Virus record (IMG/VR): IMGVR_UViG_3300005532_000244
Location: 1,365-65,364 of that record
From: a virus
Lineage: Duplodnaviria > Caudoviricetes
Length of the DNA stretch: 64,000 nt
Strand: one strand, 5' to 3'
Positions 37,325 through 46,796 of the stretch are shown in pieces. Each line of letters starts with the position of its first letter. Position 1 is the first letter of the stretch. A model generated the notes under the pieces. It made no database searches and was not told the origin of the DNA. It saw only the letters and a list, made by a program, of their open reading frames with translations. The position numbers were made by a program, and so were the translations under genes.

Positions 37325-38092
37325 ATGCGTATCTCGACGATCAGCGAGCGCCCACTCGCGCGTGTAGCTGTGCTTGAGCCCGGCGATCTGCAGTTTGGCT
37401 ACGACGCGAAGCCGCCGCAGTGGAAGTCGCAGCCGGTGCTCAAGTCGAGCTACCCGACCGGCGACGAGGTCGACCCGTGGGGGCCGGCGTACACACACGA
37501 CGAAAGGCTCGTCTCCGAGCTGCTGCGCGAGTGCGTCAACGCCGCGCCGCTCGGCAGCGCGCCGGTCACCGTCTACGTCGGGCTCTGGGAGGGTCTCGCC
37601 CGCACGAACGGTTGGAGCACCTACGACCACCCCTACTACCGCGACGGCGACGACATCTCCTGGTGGCACGGGCCCGGGCTGAAGCCGTGGGAGGGTGTGA
37701 TCGCGCTCTCCGGCAAACGGATTGAGATCCACCCGGCGGTCACGCGGTACGTCGTCGCGCACGAGTACGGGCACGTCGTCGATGTCGCGCTCGCCCAGCT
37801 CCGCTACCCCGGCGACGGCAACGCGTTCCACAAGCTGCACGAGGACTACCGCCGGCTGCGGCGCCTGCCCGACGGGCCGGGCCACTACGGCAACGGCACC
37901 CACCATCTCGCGGTCGGTGAGGTACTCACGAACGACTTCCGCACCGTGGTGCTCGGCCGCGAGTGCGACTTCTGGGCGCACCCGGTCACGCCCGGCTGGA
38001 AGCTGAAGGGCGTCCGGCGCTGGTGGGAGCGGGCGTGCGCCGATCTGCACGCGCTGTCCGAAATCGGAAGCGTCGAGCGAAGTAAGAGATGA
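37325..38092 (+). CDS. Zincin-like metallopeptidase
   Basis: VVAHEYGHVV and downstream GEVLTNDF. Confidence 0.75.
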   Translation: MRISTISERPLARVAVLEPGDLQFGYDAKPPQWKSQPVLKSSYPTGDEVDPWGPAYTHDERLVSELLRECVNAAPLGSAPVTVYVGLWEGLARTNGWSTYDHPYYRDGDDISWWHGPGLKPWEGVIALSGKRIEIHPAVTRYVVAHEYGHVVDVALAQLRYPGDGNAFHKLHEDYRRLRRLPDGPGHYGNGTHHLAVGEVLTNDFRTVVLGRECDFWAHPVTPGWKLKGVRRWWERACADLHALSEIGSVERSKR

Positions 38093-38553
38093 CGAAGCTC
38101 GCCGAGGGGCAGCGGCCGGTCACCGGCGTCGGCCAGCCCGCCTACAAGAAGCTGCACCTGTTCGCCGAACTCGTCGAGCAGGCCTTCCCGGGCTGCGAGG
38201 TCTACCTCACCGGCACCGCCGCCGTCTCGAAGGAGTGGCGCGACGTCGACGTCCGCTGCGTGCTCCCGGGCCCGCTGTACCGCCGCTACGCCGGCGACCA
38301 GATCACCACGGAACGGATCGCGCGCGCCGCCGACGCGCCGCAGCACCGCCGCTCCGCAGCGCTGCACGACGAGAACCTCTCGAACGTCGCGCCGCTCGGC
38401 CGCCGCCGCGGCGCGCTCGAGCTCGCCTTCTCCGCGCTCGCGCACGAGATGACCGGACTCCCCGTCGATTTCCAGTTGATGTCGCGCGGCTACGAGCGCT
38501 GGTGCGGCTACCACGACCACTACGCCGAGCGGATCGGCCGGAGGGTCGTCTGA
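38089..38553 (+). CDS. Minimal Pol-beta-family nucleotidyltransferase
   Basis: YLTGT...WRDVDVR...GLPVDFQ. Confidence 0.7.
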   Translation: MTKLAEGQRPVTGVGQPAYKKLHLFAELVEQAFPGCEVYLTGTAAVSKEWRDVDVRCVLPGPLYRRYAGDQITTERIARAADAPQHRRSAALHDENLSNVAPLGRRRGALELAFSALAHEMTGLPVDFQLMSRGYERWCGYHDHYAERIGRRVV

Positions 38554-39410
38554 TGCTCCCCTACGTCGACGCAGCCACCTTCGTCCAGGCCCCGACCGGG
38601 ATCGACACGGCGCAGCTCGTCCCCGGCGGCCAGGACCCGCAGCAGTCGGCTGAGCTGCAGAACCTGCTCGAGCGCGCAACCTCCTGGGTCGACACGTTCG
38701 GCTGCTACCAGCGTCTCGCCGCGACCACCGACAGCGAGGTCAAGCGGCTCCGGCCGAACAAGCAGGGCCAGATCGAGATCTTCACCAAGAACTTCCCCGT
38801 GATCGCGGTCGTCTCGGCGCAGTGGAACGACTTCTCCGGCTTCGCGACGTCGGCATGGACGGCGATCGACGTCACGAAGGTGCAGCCGCTCGAGCGGTCG
38901 CTGCTGATCTACGACCGCGACTACAGCTGGTGGCGAGGCCTGCGCGCGTTCCCGCTCGTCGTCGAGTACCAGTACCAGAACGGGTTCGCGCACACGACGC
39001 TCACCAGCGAGGCCACCGCGGAGTCGTCGACGCTCACGGTCGCGTCGACGATCGGGATCGGCCCCACCACCGGCGGCCCCGGCAACTGGAACCTTGCGAG
39101 CGAACTGTTGATCCTCGACGGCGCCAACCGCGAGATCGTGGAGGTCGCCTCGATCAGCGGGCAGACGCTGACGCTCGCGTCGCCGCTCAGCTTCGACCAT
39201 CAGCCCGGCGCGCTCGTGACCGCGGTCCCGCCGACCGTGCAGGAAGCGACGATCCTCGCGGCGACGTGGATGGTGAAGAACCCGCGCGGCGACGCGTCGT
39301 TCGTGATGTCGGGCGGCGAGATCGAGAAGCAGAAGACCGGCCCGACCGTCGAGGACGACCTGCTCGACAAGGCGTACAAGATGCTGACCCCGTATCGGCG
39401 GACACTGTGA
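38553..39410 (+). CDS. Head-tail adaptor with inserted beta module
   Basis: LLERATSWVD, VPPTVQEATIL, MLTPYRR. Confidence 0.8.
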   Translation: MLPYVDAATFVQAPTGIDTAQLVPGGQDPQQSAELQNLLERATSWVDTFGCYQRLAATTDSEVKRLRPNKQGQIEIFTKNFPVIAVVSAQWNDFSGFATSAWTAIDVTKVQPLERSLLIYDRDYSWWRGLRAFPLVVEYQYQNGFAHTTLTSEATAESSTLTVASTIGIGPTTGGPGNWNLASELLILDGANREIVEVASISGQTLTLASPLSFDHQPGALVTAVPPTVQEATILAATWMVKNPRGDASFVMSGGEIEKQKTGPTVEDDLLDKAYKMLTPYRRTL

Positions 39411-39877
39411 TCCGGCTGCGGCTCGTCGTCCGGGACGTCTCCGGTGCGCAGAAGCTGCGCGCCGTCGCTGCCCGTCTGCCCGGCCAGGTCGAAGACCTCG
39501 CCAGCGACGCGGCCAAGGTGACCGAGGCCGCGCTGCAGGAAGCCGCCCCGATCGGCAAACCCGGCACGAACTATCAGCCCGGCGCGCTGCGCCAATCGAT
39601 CCAGTTCGACCTCGCCGGCACCACCGCGGAATTCTCCGCCTCACAGGTCGCCCAGTACGTGATCGGCGGCACCCCAGCCCACGAGATCGACCCCCGCGAC
39701 AAGAAGGCGCTCGCCTTCTACTGGGAGGCGTTCGGCGACGACTTCGTGTTCGCACGCGTCCACCATCCGGGCACCAAACCGAACGACTTCCGTTCGCCCG
39801 CGCTCGAGCGTGCCGCCAACGAATCCGAGGCGCTGCTCGACGACCTCGCCGACACGATCGCCGACGGTTTCCGGTGA
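39407..39877 (+). CDS. HK97 gp10-like neck/tail completion protein
   Basis: GALRQSI, GTPAHEI, VHHPGTKPN. Confidence 0.8.
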   Translation: MIRLRLVVRDVSGAQKLRAVAARLPGQVEDLASDAAKVTEAALQEAAPIGKPGTNYQPGALRQSIQFDLAGTTAEFSASQVAQYVIGGTPAHEIDPRDKKALAFYWEAFGDDFVFARVHHPGTKPNDFRSPALERAANESEALLDDLADTIADGFR

Positions 39878-40389
39878 GCCGGATCAGCGTCCGCAACGGC
39901 GTCGCCGAACTGCTCGCGAGCCTCGTCGACGACAGCGGCGGCCCAATGTTCCGGGCCGTGTACTCGGTGATGCCGACCCGGATCGATAAGACGCTCACAC
40001 CGGCCGCGTTCGTGATGCTGCCCAAACACAACCGGCGCCGCTACGGGCCCAACCAGAAGCACGCCGACTACATCGGGCAGGCCAGGGTGATGTACGCAGC
40101 ACCGTCGGTCGGCTGGGAGTCTCCGGCCGCCGGCCAGACGCTCTGGGAGACCCCGGCCGGTGAGCCGCAGGCCGCCTTCGACGAGTGGCTGGACACGTTC
40201 GCCCGGGCGCTCGAGCAGAACAAGCACTTCCCGCAGAACCAACCCGAGGCCGGGGTGCAGACGATCCAGATCGGCGAGGGCGGCGACGGGATCGACATCG
40301 TCACCAGCGAGCCCGAGCTCGAAGCGAACCTGCTCGTGCTGTCGGCGCTCGTGAGCTTCCCGATCGCCGAGCAGATCCTCGGCGTCTGA
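39874..40389 (+). CDS. Tail terminator-like protein
   Basis: Position and size between neck and tail tube. Confidence 0.65.
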   Translation: MSRISVRNGVAELLASLVDDSGGPMFRAVYSVMPTRIDKTLTPAAFVMLPKHNRRRYGPNQKHADYIGQARVMYAAPSVGWESPAAGQTLWETPAGEPQAAFDEWLDTFARALEQNKHFPQNQPEAGVQTIQIGEGGDGIDIVTSEPELEANLLVLSALVSFPIAEQILGV

Positions 40390-40409
40390 CCCGCGAAGGA
40401 GCGACTCCT

Positions 40410-40604
40410 GTGAAGCAGATCCGTAACACCAATCCGGTGCGGCATCTCGTCCCTGAGATCGGCATCGAGGCCGACCCGGGCGAGACTTGCCGCGTTCCCG
40501 CCGGCGCGCCGATCCCCGAAGGGTGGGAGCTCGTCGAGGCGGAGAAGAAGACGACCCGCAAGCCGCCGGCCGCCACGGCTGACGCGAAGGAGGAGACCGA
40601 CTGA
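40410..40604 (+). CDS. Small tail-region protein
   Basis: AAGGAG RBS; coupled to tail tube gene. Confidence 0.55.
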   Translation: MKQIRNTNPVRHLVPEIGIEADPGETCRVPAGAPIPEGWELVEAEKKTTRKPPAATADAKEETD

Positions 40605-41539
40605 TGGCCGGCTTGAAGCTCAGTTCCACCAGGTTCCTCGGCATCGCCAAGGAGTCGACGTACGGCACGCCCGTCACGACCGGCATCCGCTGGCTGCCGA
40701 TGAAGAACCCCGACACCGAAGGGGAGATCAAGTACCAGCTCGACCAGGGGATGCGCGGCGTCGCCGCGAAGACGTTCGGCGCCTACGCCGGCGTGCAGGA
40801 CGGCAAGTTCTCCTACGACCTCGACTGGTACGTCACCGACACGCCGCAGCTGCTCGCCTGCATCCTCGGGCCCGACGCGGTCACCGGCACCTCGGCGCCG
40901 TACACGCACACGTTCAAGCTCGCCACCGGGGAGCCGGCGTCGCTGACGCTTCAGGACTTCGACGGCCTCGAGCAGTGGCAGTACCCGGGCTCGTACCTTT
41001 CGCAGGCGTCGTTCAAGCTCGACAGCGAGGGTGGCCTGTCCTGCTCGGTGCAGGGCAACGGGTTCTTCCCGACCAGCGTTGCGACCTCGACGCCGACGTT
41101 CGCGGCCGAGCCGTACTTCCTCGGCTGGGAGACCGCGCTCACGATCGGCGGCAGCCCGAACGCCAGACTCGTGTCGATGCAGCTCGACCTGAAACGTGCG
41201 CTGACGATCCGCTGGTCGGCGAACAGCACCCAGCAGCCGCGCTTCGTGTTCGTCGGGCCGCTCGACGTCTCCGGAAAGGTCACCTTCGACATCGAAGACG
41301 ACACCGAGCTCAACTACTTCGTCAACAACACGCAGCCGACGTTCCAGGCGCTACTCACCCAGCCGACGACGACGAACACCGTCAAGTTCCTGATGTCGAA
41401 GTGCGCGTTCACGCAGGCGAAGCGCACAACCTCGAAGGACTGGGTGCAGGTCGACGCGTCGATCGAGGGCATCTACAACGCCACCGACGCCGGCCCGATC
41501 CAGATCGCCGTCGGAAACGCACAGAGCACGGCCTACTAG
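40604..41539 (+). CDS. Tail tube (major tail) protein
   Basis: LGIAKESTYGTPV, YTHTFK; position. Confidence 0.88.
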   Translation: MAGLKLSSTRFLGIAKESTYGTPVTTGIRWLPMKNPDTEGEIKYQLDQGMRGVAAKTFGAYAGVQDGKFSYDLDWYVTDTPQLLACILGPDAVTGTSAPYTHTFKLATGEPASLTLQDFDGLEQWQYPGSYLSQASFKLDSEGGLSCSVQGNGFFPTSVATSTPTFAAEPYFLGWETALTIGGSPNARLVSMQLDLKRALTIRWSANSTQQPRFVFVGPLDVSGKVTFDIEDDTELNYFVNNTQPTFQALLTQPTTTNTVKFLMSKCAFTQAKRTTSKDWVQVDASIEGIYNATDAGPIQIAVGNAQSTAY

Positions 41540-41560
41540 CCGTAGAAGGAGCCGCCAGAC

Positions 41561-41995
41561 ATGGCCCACGAAAAGCTGGTCAGAATCGACCTCTCCGAGA
41601 CGGAGATCCCGCAGCCGTGCGCGTTGCACGCGAAGCGGGGCTTCCAGTCCGATTGCGACGACTGCGAAGCGACCGACCCGGTGCCCGGGGTGATCCCGGA
41701 GCTCGTCGGCTTGTTCGTCGAGATCCAGAACCCGAACGTGCTCCCGTACGGCAAGACGAAGGAGCTGTTCGCGACGAAGGAAGGCCAGACGGTCGGCGAC
41801 TACAAGGAGCAGGTCGTCGCGCCGCTGATCACCGCCTGGAACGTCACCGACGCGGAGACCGGCGACGAGCTGCCGCTCCCTTCACAGGATCCGCGGTCGC
41901 TCGACCGGGCGATCGACGTGGTCACACCGGTGTTCGACCGGATTGTGAAGCTGCGCCGCGAGCGGGCCGTCCCAAAAGAGAACGCGACCTCGTAA
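41561..41995 (+). CDS. Tail assembly chaperone (gpG-like)
   Basis: LITAWNVTD..GDELPLP; precedes tape measure. Confidence 0.8.
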   Translation: MAHEKLVRIDLSETEIPQPCALHAKRGFQSDCDDCEATDPVPGVIPELVGLFVEIQNPNVLPYGKTKELFATKEGQTVGDYKEQVVAPLITAWNVTDAETGDELPLPSQDPRSLDRAIDVVTPVFDRIVKLRRERAVPKENATS

Positions 41996-42180
41996 AGACC
42001 AAGCTCCAAGGCCGCGAGTCGGAGTTCCGTCCGCACCCGTGGCCGCAGAGCTGGCTCGACTTCTACATCTGCCGTGAGATGCACTGGACATACGAGGAGC
42101 TCGAGCGGCAGCCGGCCCACCGGATCGCGGAGCTGCTCGAGTACCTCGAGCTCGAAGGCGAGATAGATGGCAGCGGGTGA
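41971..42180 (+). CDS. Frameshift extension of tail chaperone (gpGT-like) via -1 slip at C CCA AAA
   Basis: Slippery heptamer 41971-41977; -1 frame open to 42180 encoding CREMHWTYEELERQP. Confidence 0.8.
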   Translation, partial: PKRERDLVKTKLQGRESEFRPHPWPQSWLDFYICREMHWTYEELERQPAHRIAELLEYLELEGEIDGSG

Positions 42181-45100
42181 CATCGTTCAGCGCGGGCTGA
42201 GCCTCGAGGTTCAGGCCGATGATCTCGCCTCCGGGACGCTCAACGCGGTCGCGGACGAGCTCGAGCAGTTACAGGCGCGCGCCGAGACGGCGTTCGGCGC
42301 GATCGCGATGTCCGGCGAGAACGCGGCGTCTTCGCTCGCCGACTCGGCGAACCTGTTCGCGCCGGAATGGGAGACCCAGCTTGAGGCGTTGCAGGAGTTC
42401 GCCGACGGCGTGTTCTCCGGGATGCAAGACCTGGCGGCGACCGTGGCCTCGGCGATGTCGGCGTCGGCGGGCACGATCAGCGAGTCGTGGCTATCCGCAC
42501 TCGACGACCTGAAAGGCGGAGCGTCGACCGCCGAAGGCGCGCTTGAGGGGCTGCAAGGCGACATGGAGACGACCGCCTCGATCGCGGACTCGACGGCCGG
42601 TGACATCGCGGAGGCGTACTCCGGCGACGCGCTCGCTCTCGACGCTGGGGCGGGGTCGCTCGACGACCTGCAAACACAGATGGAGGCGACGGCCGGGACG
42701 GCCGCTTCGACCGCCGGCGAGATCTCGGGCGCCTACGACGGGGACGCGCTCGGCCTCGACGCTGGCGCCGGCAGCCTGAAGTCGCTGCAGTCGGAGATGA
42801 AGTCGACCTCGAAGACCGCGAGCTCGACGGCGGCCGACATCGGCAAGTCGTACTCGACGAACACGCTTGGCCTCGACGCGGGCGCGGTCGATCTGAAGGC
42901 GCTGCGCGGCGAAATGGACACCACAGTGGAGACCGCGAGGACCGACGCGAAAGCGATCTCGGACGCGTTCGCCGGTGCTGGCGTCGGTGCTGGGGCGACC
43001 GGTGCGGAGGAGGTTGCGGCGGGCGCCGCTGCCGGCGGGACACCAGGGATCGCGTTCGGCAAAGACGCGAAGGGCGGAGGCAAGGGGTTCAAGATCCCGG
43101 CGCCGTCGATCGGGTCGCTGATGACGGGCGGGATCACCGCGGCGATCGGGCTCGGCGCCGTCGACCTCGGGATCAACCAGCTCGAAGGGCTCGAGGCGTT
43201 GAAGGCGCAGACGGGCATGTCGTGGACGCAGACGCTGACGACCGCGGCGGCGGCGCGCGGGGTCGGGCTCGGCAGCGACCAGATCCAGCGGCTGATCCAG
43301 CGGCTCGACACGAACATCGGCAAGCTCACCCAGAAGGACGTGACCGGTGCGCACACCGTCGAGGGGCAGGCGGTGTCGATGGGACTCGGCCGACAGGCGA
43401 TCAACCCGGCCACCCTGAGAGCCGTCGTCGGCTCGATCGGTAGCGGCGGCAATAGCGGGGCAGCGCTCGCGTTGAAGACGCTCGGCATCGGCCCCGACCA
43501 GCTGACGAACTTGTCGGCGCAGCAGCAACTCGCGGTGATCGCGTCGAAGCTCGACGGGATCAAGAACAACACGCTGCGCACCGCTGTCACGAACGAGCTG
43601 TTCGGCAAGGGCACCGACACCGCGAACCTGCTGGAGAAGTTCACGCTCGCGACGACCGAGGCGGAGAAGAACCTGCCGGCGGGGCTCGCGAAGGATCTGC
43701 AGATGACGCTCGGCTCCGGCGGCAAGAGCATGGTCGACCTGCAGGAGCAGATGTTCTACCTCGAAGTCGAAATGTCGGCGTCGCTGATGAAGATGGTGCC
43801 GCTGCTGTCGAAGCTGCTCGGCGAGGCGGCGAAGCACACGACGCTGCTGATGGACTTGGCGTTGGGCGGGGCGGCGGCGGGTGGCCTGAACAAGATCCTC
43901 GAGCACGGTCACGGCGGCAGTTCGATCAGCTCAATCATCGATGGGATCATCAAGTCCACCGCAGGCAAGGTCGTCGGCACGGTGGGAGGCGGCCTGGGCG
44001 CCGCGCGCGTCGCCGGGTACGGCGGCGACCTTGCCGGCTACGGCGCCGAACTGCTCTCGAAAGCGCTTGGCCCGATCGGGATCGGCGCGGCGATGCTCGC
44101 GAACCCGGACTCGATGGCGAACGACACGAGCAAGTTCGCGCTCATGTGGCAGCGCGTCGTCGCGCCGCACGTCGGCACAGGCAAGAAGTTCACGCAGAAG
44201 GACTCGGTGCAAGCGATCGAGACCGCCGCCAGAATCTTCGGGCTCAACCCGCAGGCGATGCTCTCCGACAGCTACGCGGAAGCGACGCTCAACCCGAACG
44301 CGCACAACAAGGGCTCGGGCGCAACCGGCAACTTCCAGTTCATCCCGTCGACGTGGGCGTCCGACACGAAGCGGATCCTCGGCCAGTCGCTGCCGATGAG
44401 CGCCGCGTCCAATCCGTGGATCTCGTCGTTCATCGCGGCGGCGGCGATGAAGCACAGCGGCATCGGGGGACAGAAGAACTCGCAGACGGCGCTCGCCGAC
44501 ATGCTGAAGAACTTCGAGAATCCCGGCGGCAGCTTCTCGAACCCGAAGACCGGTCTCGGCGGCGACTGGTCGCGAGGCGTGCCGTTCCTGCAGACCCTCG
44601 AAGGCGACCTCACCAAAGCCTCGACGGCGGCGAAGACGAAAGCGCCGCAGGTCAAGCAGCCGGTCGACCAGATGCTGCAGCAGCTGATCACCGACGCGAA
44701 GAAGCACACAGCCGAGTTCCCGCCCGCGATCGAGCTCGGCCTCACCCAGGCTGAGACCTATCTGAAAAAGCACAAGGGGCCGTTCACGACCGCTGGCCGG
44801 GAACTAATGAAAGGGCTCGAGCAGGGCCTCGAGAACGAGATCCCTGTGCTCGAGGGGGAGGCGAAGAAGATCGCCGACCAGCTCGAGGCGACTCTGAAGG
44901 CGGCGTTGAAGGTGAAGTCGCCGTCGGAGATGACCGCGGAGATCGGCGACAACCTGATGGCCGGGCTGGGCGTCGGGATGCAGAGGTCGACCAGCGCCGC
45001 CGCCGAGGTGGCCGCGCGGAGCGCGCTCAGCGTCGCCGGCGCGCTCGGGACCGCCACGCCCGGTGGACCTGCAGGCGGCGGCGAGCAGACGATCATCATC

Positions 45101-45181
45101 CAGCTCGATAGCGCCGAGGTCGGTCGCGTCCTCAACCGGCAGCTGCACGGCACCGTGAAGTTGCTCGCGAAGATCAACTAA
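42167..45181 (+). CDS. Tape measure protein with lytic transglycosylase domain
   Basis: 1004 aa Ala/Gly-rich; EATLNPNAHN..ATGNFQFIPSTW; VKSPS motif. Confidence 0.9.
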   Translation: MAAGDIVQRGLSLEVQADDLASGTLNAVADELEQLQARAETAFGAIAMSGENAASSLADSANLFAPEWETQLEALQEFADGVFSGMQDLAATVASAMSASAGTISESWLSALDDLKGGASTAEGALEGLQGDMETTASIADSTAGDIAEAYSGDALALDAGAGSLDDLQTQMEATAGTAASTAGEISGAYDGDALGLDAGAGSLKSLQSEMKSTSKTASSTAADIGKSYSTNTLGLDAGAVDLKALRGEMDTTVETARTDAKAISDAFAGAGVGAGATGAEEVAAGAAAGGTPGIAFGKDAKGGGKGFKIPAPSIGSLMTGGITAAIGLGAVDLGINQLEGLEALKAQTGMSWTQTLTTAAAARGVGLGSDQIQRLIQRLDTNIGKLTQKDVTGAHTVEGQAVSMGLGRQAINPATLRAVVGSIGSGGNSGAALALKTLGIGPDQLTNLSAQQQLAVIASKLDGIKNNTLRTAVTNELFGKGTDTANLLEKFTLATTEAEKNLPAGLAKDLQMTLGSGGKSMVDLQEQMFYLEVEMSASLMKMVPLLSKLLGEAAKHTTLLMDLALGGAAAGGLNKILEHGHGGSSISSIIDGIIKSTAGKVVGTVGGGLGAARVAGYGGDLAGYGAELLSKALGPIGIGAAMLANPDSMANDTSKFALMWQRVVAPHVGTGKKFTQKDSVQAIETAARIFGLNPQAMLSDSYAEATLNPNAHNKGSGATGNFQFIPSTWASDTKRILGQSLPMSAASNPWISSFIAAAAMKHSGIGGQKNSQTALADMLKNFENPGGSFSNPKTGLGGDWSRGVPFLQTLEGDLTKASTAAKTKAPQVKQPVDQMLQQLITDAKKHTAEFPPAIELGLTQAETYLKKHKGPFTTAGRELMKGLEQGLENEIPVLEGEAKKIADQLEATLKAALKVKSPSEMTAEIGDNLMAGLGVGMQRSTSAAAEVAARSALSVAGALGTATPGGPAGGGEQTIIIQLDSAEVGRVLNRQLHGTVKLLAKIN

Positions 45182-45215
45182 CGCCCTATCCCGCTAGGAG
45201 CGGGAGACCAGGCGC

Positions 45216-46577
45216 ATGAGCGTCCCCGGCGGCTTTCAGATCACGATCGGCGGCGGCGACTACACCTCGTACGTCGACGTCACCACGATCGAGCTCGAGC
45301 AGAACCTCGCGATCATGCTCGACAAGTGCACCTTCATCGTCGCGATCCCTGACCAGCAGATCTACCGGCCCAAGGCAGGCCAAGAGGTGATCGTTACCTC
45401 GCAGCTCGGCCGCGAGTTCGGCGGCATCATCGTCACCCCCGAAGAAGACCAGGCCGGGTCGCCGACCCAGTTCGACTACAAGGTCACAACCCGCGACTAC
45501 AGCTTCCTGCTCGACCGGCACGTCGCGTTCAAGGAATACGCCGCCGACACGTACAGGTACGACCAGATCGTCGTCGATCTCGTCTCCACCTACGGCAAGC
45601 AAGACGGCTTCACGACCAACAACGTGCAGACGTCGTTCCAAGCGCCGTTCACGAGGTTCGACTATCAGCCGGTCGCGCAGTCGATCAACCTGATCGCCCA
45701 GCAGATCGCCTGGGGCTTCTACATCGACTACTACCGCGACGTTCACTTCTTCGACCGGGAGTCGTTCGCGTCGCCGCTGCCCGGCAACACGCTGCACGCC
45801 GACACTGACACCAGCATCATCGACGGCACATATGGGCCGCTCGGCGTTTACGGCGACCTGACGATCACCGAGGACATCTCGCAGCTGCGCGACCGTGTGT
45901 TCCTGCGCGGCCACAAGGTCACGGCCACGTACAACCGGACCGAAACGTTCACCGGCGACGGGACGACGACGTCGTTCGGGCTCACCTATGAGCCGTCGCA
46001 CAACCTCGCCCAGAACTCGACGCTGACCGTCGGCGGCAGCCCGTACGCAATCGGGGCCGATCTCCGCGACGGCACGCCAGCGTCGACGACGCAGGACTTC
46101 ACCGGCTACGTGAACTTCACCGGGCAGACGCTGCGCTTCAACGTCGCGCCCGCAAACGGTGCGACGATCGTGTTCACGTACAAACCGATGCTGCCGCTGG
46201 TCGTGATGGTCGAGGATCCGGCTAAGCAGAAGGCGATGGCTGCAAGGATCGGGAACGGCAACGACGGTGTCTTCGAGTACGCGATCAGCGACCCGACTCT
46301 CTCAGCTGACGACTCGCAGCCGGCGGTCGCGCGCGGCCAGGAGCAGATCGTCAAGTACGGGAGCCCGCACTTTTCCGGCCAATTCACGAGCTATCTGCAC
46401 GGCTGGAAGGCGGGCCAGTCGTTCACGTTGCGGTCGGCTCGGAGGATGAACGGCGAACTCGACGGGATGACGTTCTTCGTCACCAAGGTGACCAAGAAAG
46501 TGATCTCGCACCCGGTGAACACACAGCCGCTGTTTCAATCGACCGTCTACTTCAGCGACAGTGTGTACGTTTTCTAG
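45216..46577 (+). CDS. Tail tip/hub protein
   Basis: Follows TMP; WGFYIDYYRDVHFF. Confidence 0.75.
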   Translation: MSVPGGFQITIGGGDYTSYVDVTTIELEQNLAIMLDKCTFIVAIPDQQIYRPKAGQEVIVTSQLGREFGGIIVTPEEDQAGSPTQFDYKVTTRDYSFLLDRHVAFKEYAADTYRYDQIVVDLVSTYGKQDGFTTNNVQTSFQAPFTRFDYQPVAQSINLIAQQIAWGFYIDYYRDVHFFDRESFASPLPGNTLHADTDTSIIDGTYGPLGVYGDLTITEDISQLRDRVFLRGHKVTATYNRTETFTGDGTTTSFGLTYEPSHNLAQNSTLTVGGSPYAIGADLRDGTPASTTQDFTGYVNFTGQTLRFNVAPANGATIVFTYKPMLPLVVMVEDPAKQKAMAARIGNGNDGVFEYAISDPTLSADDSQPAVARGQEQIVKYGSPHFSGQFTSYLHGWKAGQSFTLRSARRMNGELDGMTFFVTKVTKKVISHPVNTQPLFQSTVYFSDSVYVF

Positions 46578-46589
46578 GAGGGGCTCGCT

Positions 46590-46796
46590 GTGGCGCAGGA
46601 GGACATCGTCCCGCAGCTGCTCGCCGAGATCTTCAATCGTGCGATCCCGGACCCGCTCGACGACAACAGCCCCTTGAACTCGTTCTCGGCGCCGGTCGAC
46701 GGCGTGTCGCTCAGCGACACGGTGACCACAACGACCGCGACCGGGCCGTTCAAGTACGGCGTCGCGAAGTACGCCCGCTCCACCTACAAGCAGTGA
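46590..46796 (+). CDS. Small tail tip protein
   Basis: AGGAGG RBS; coupled to next gene. Confidence 0.65.
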   Translation: MAQEDIVPQLLAEIFNRAIPDPLDDNSPLNSFSAPVDGVSLSDTVTTTTATGPFKYGVAKYARSTYKQ

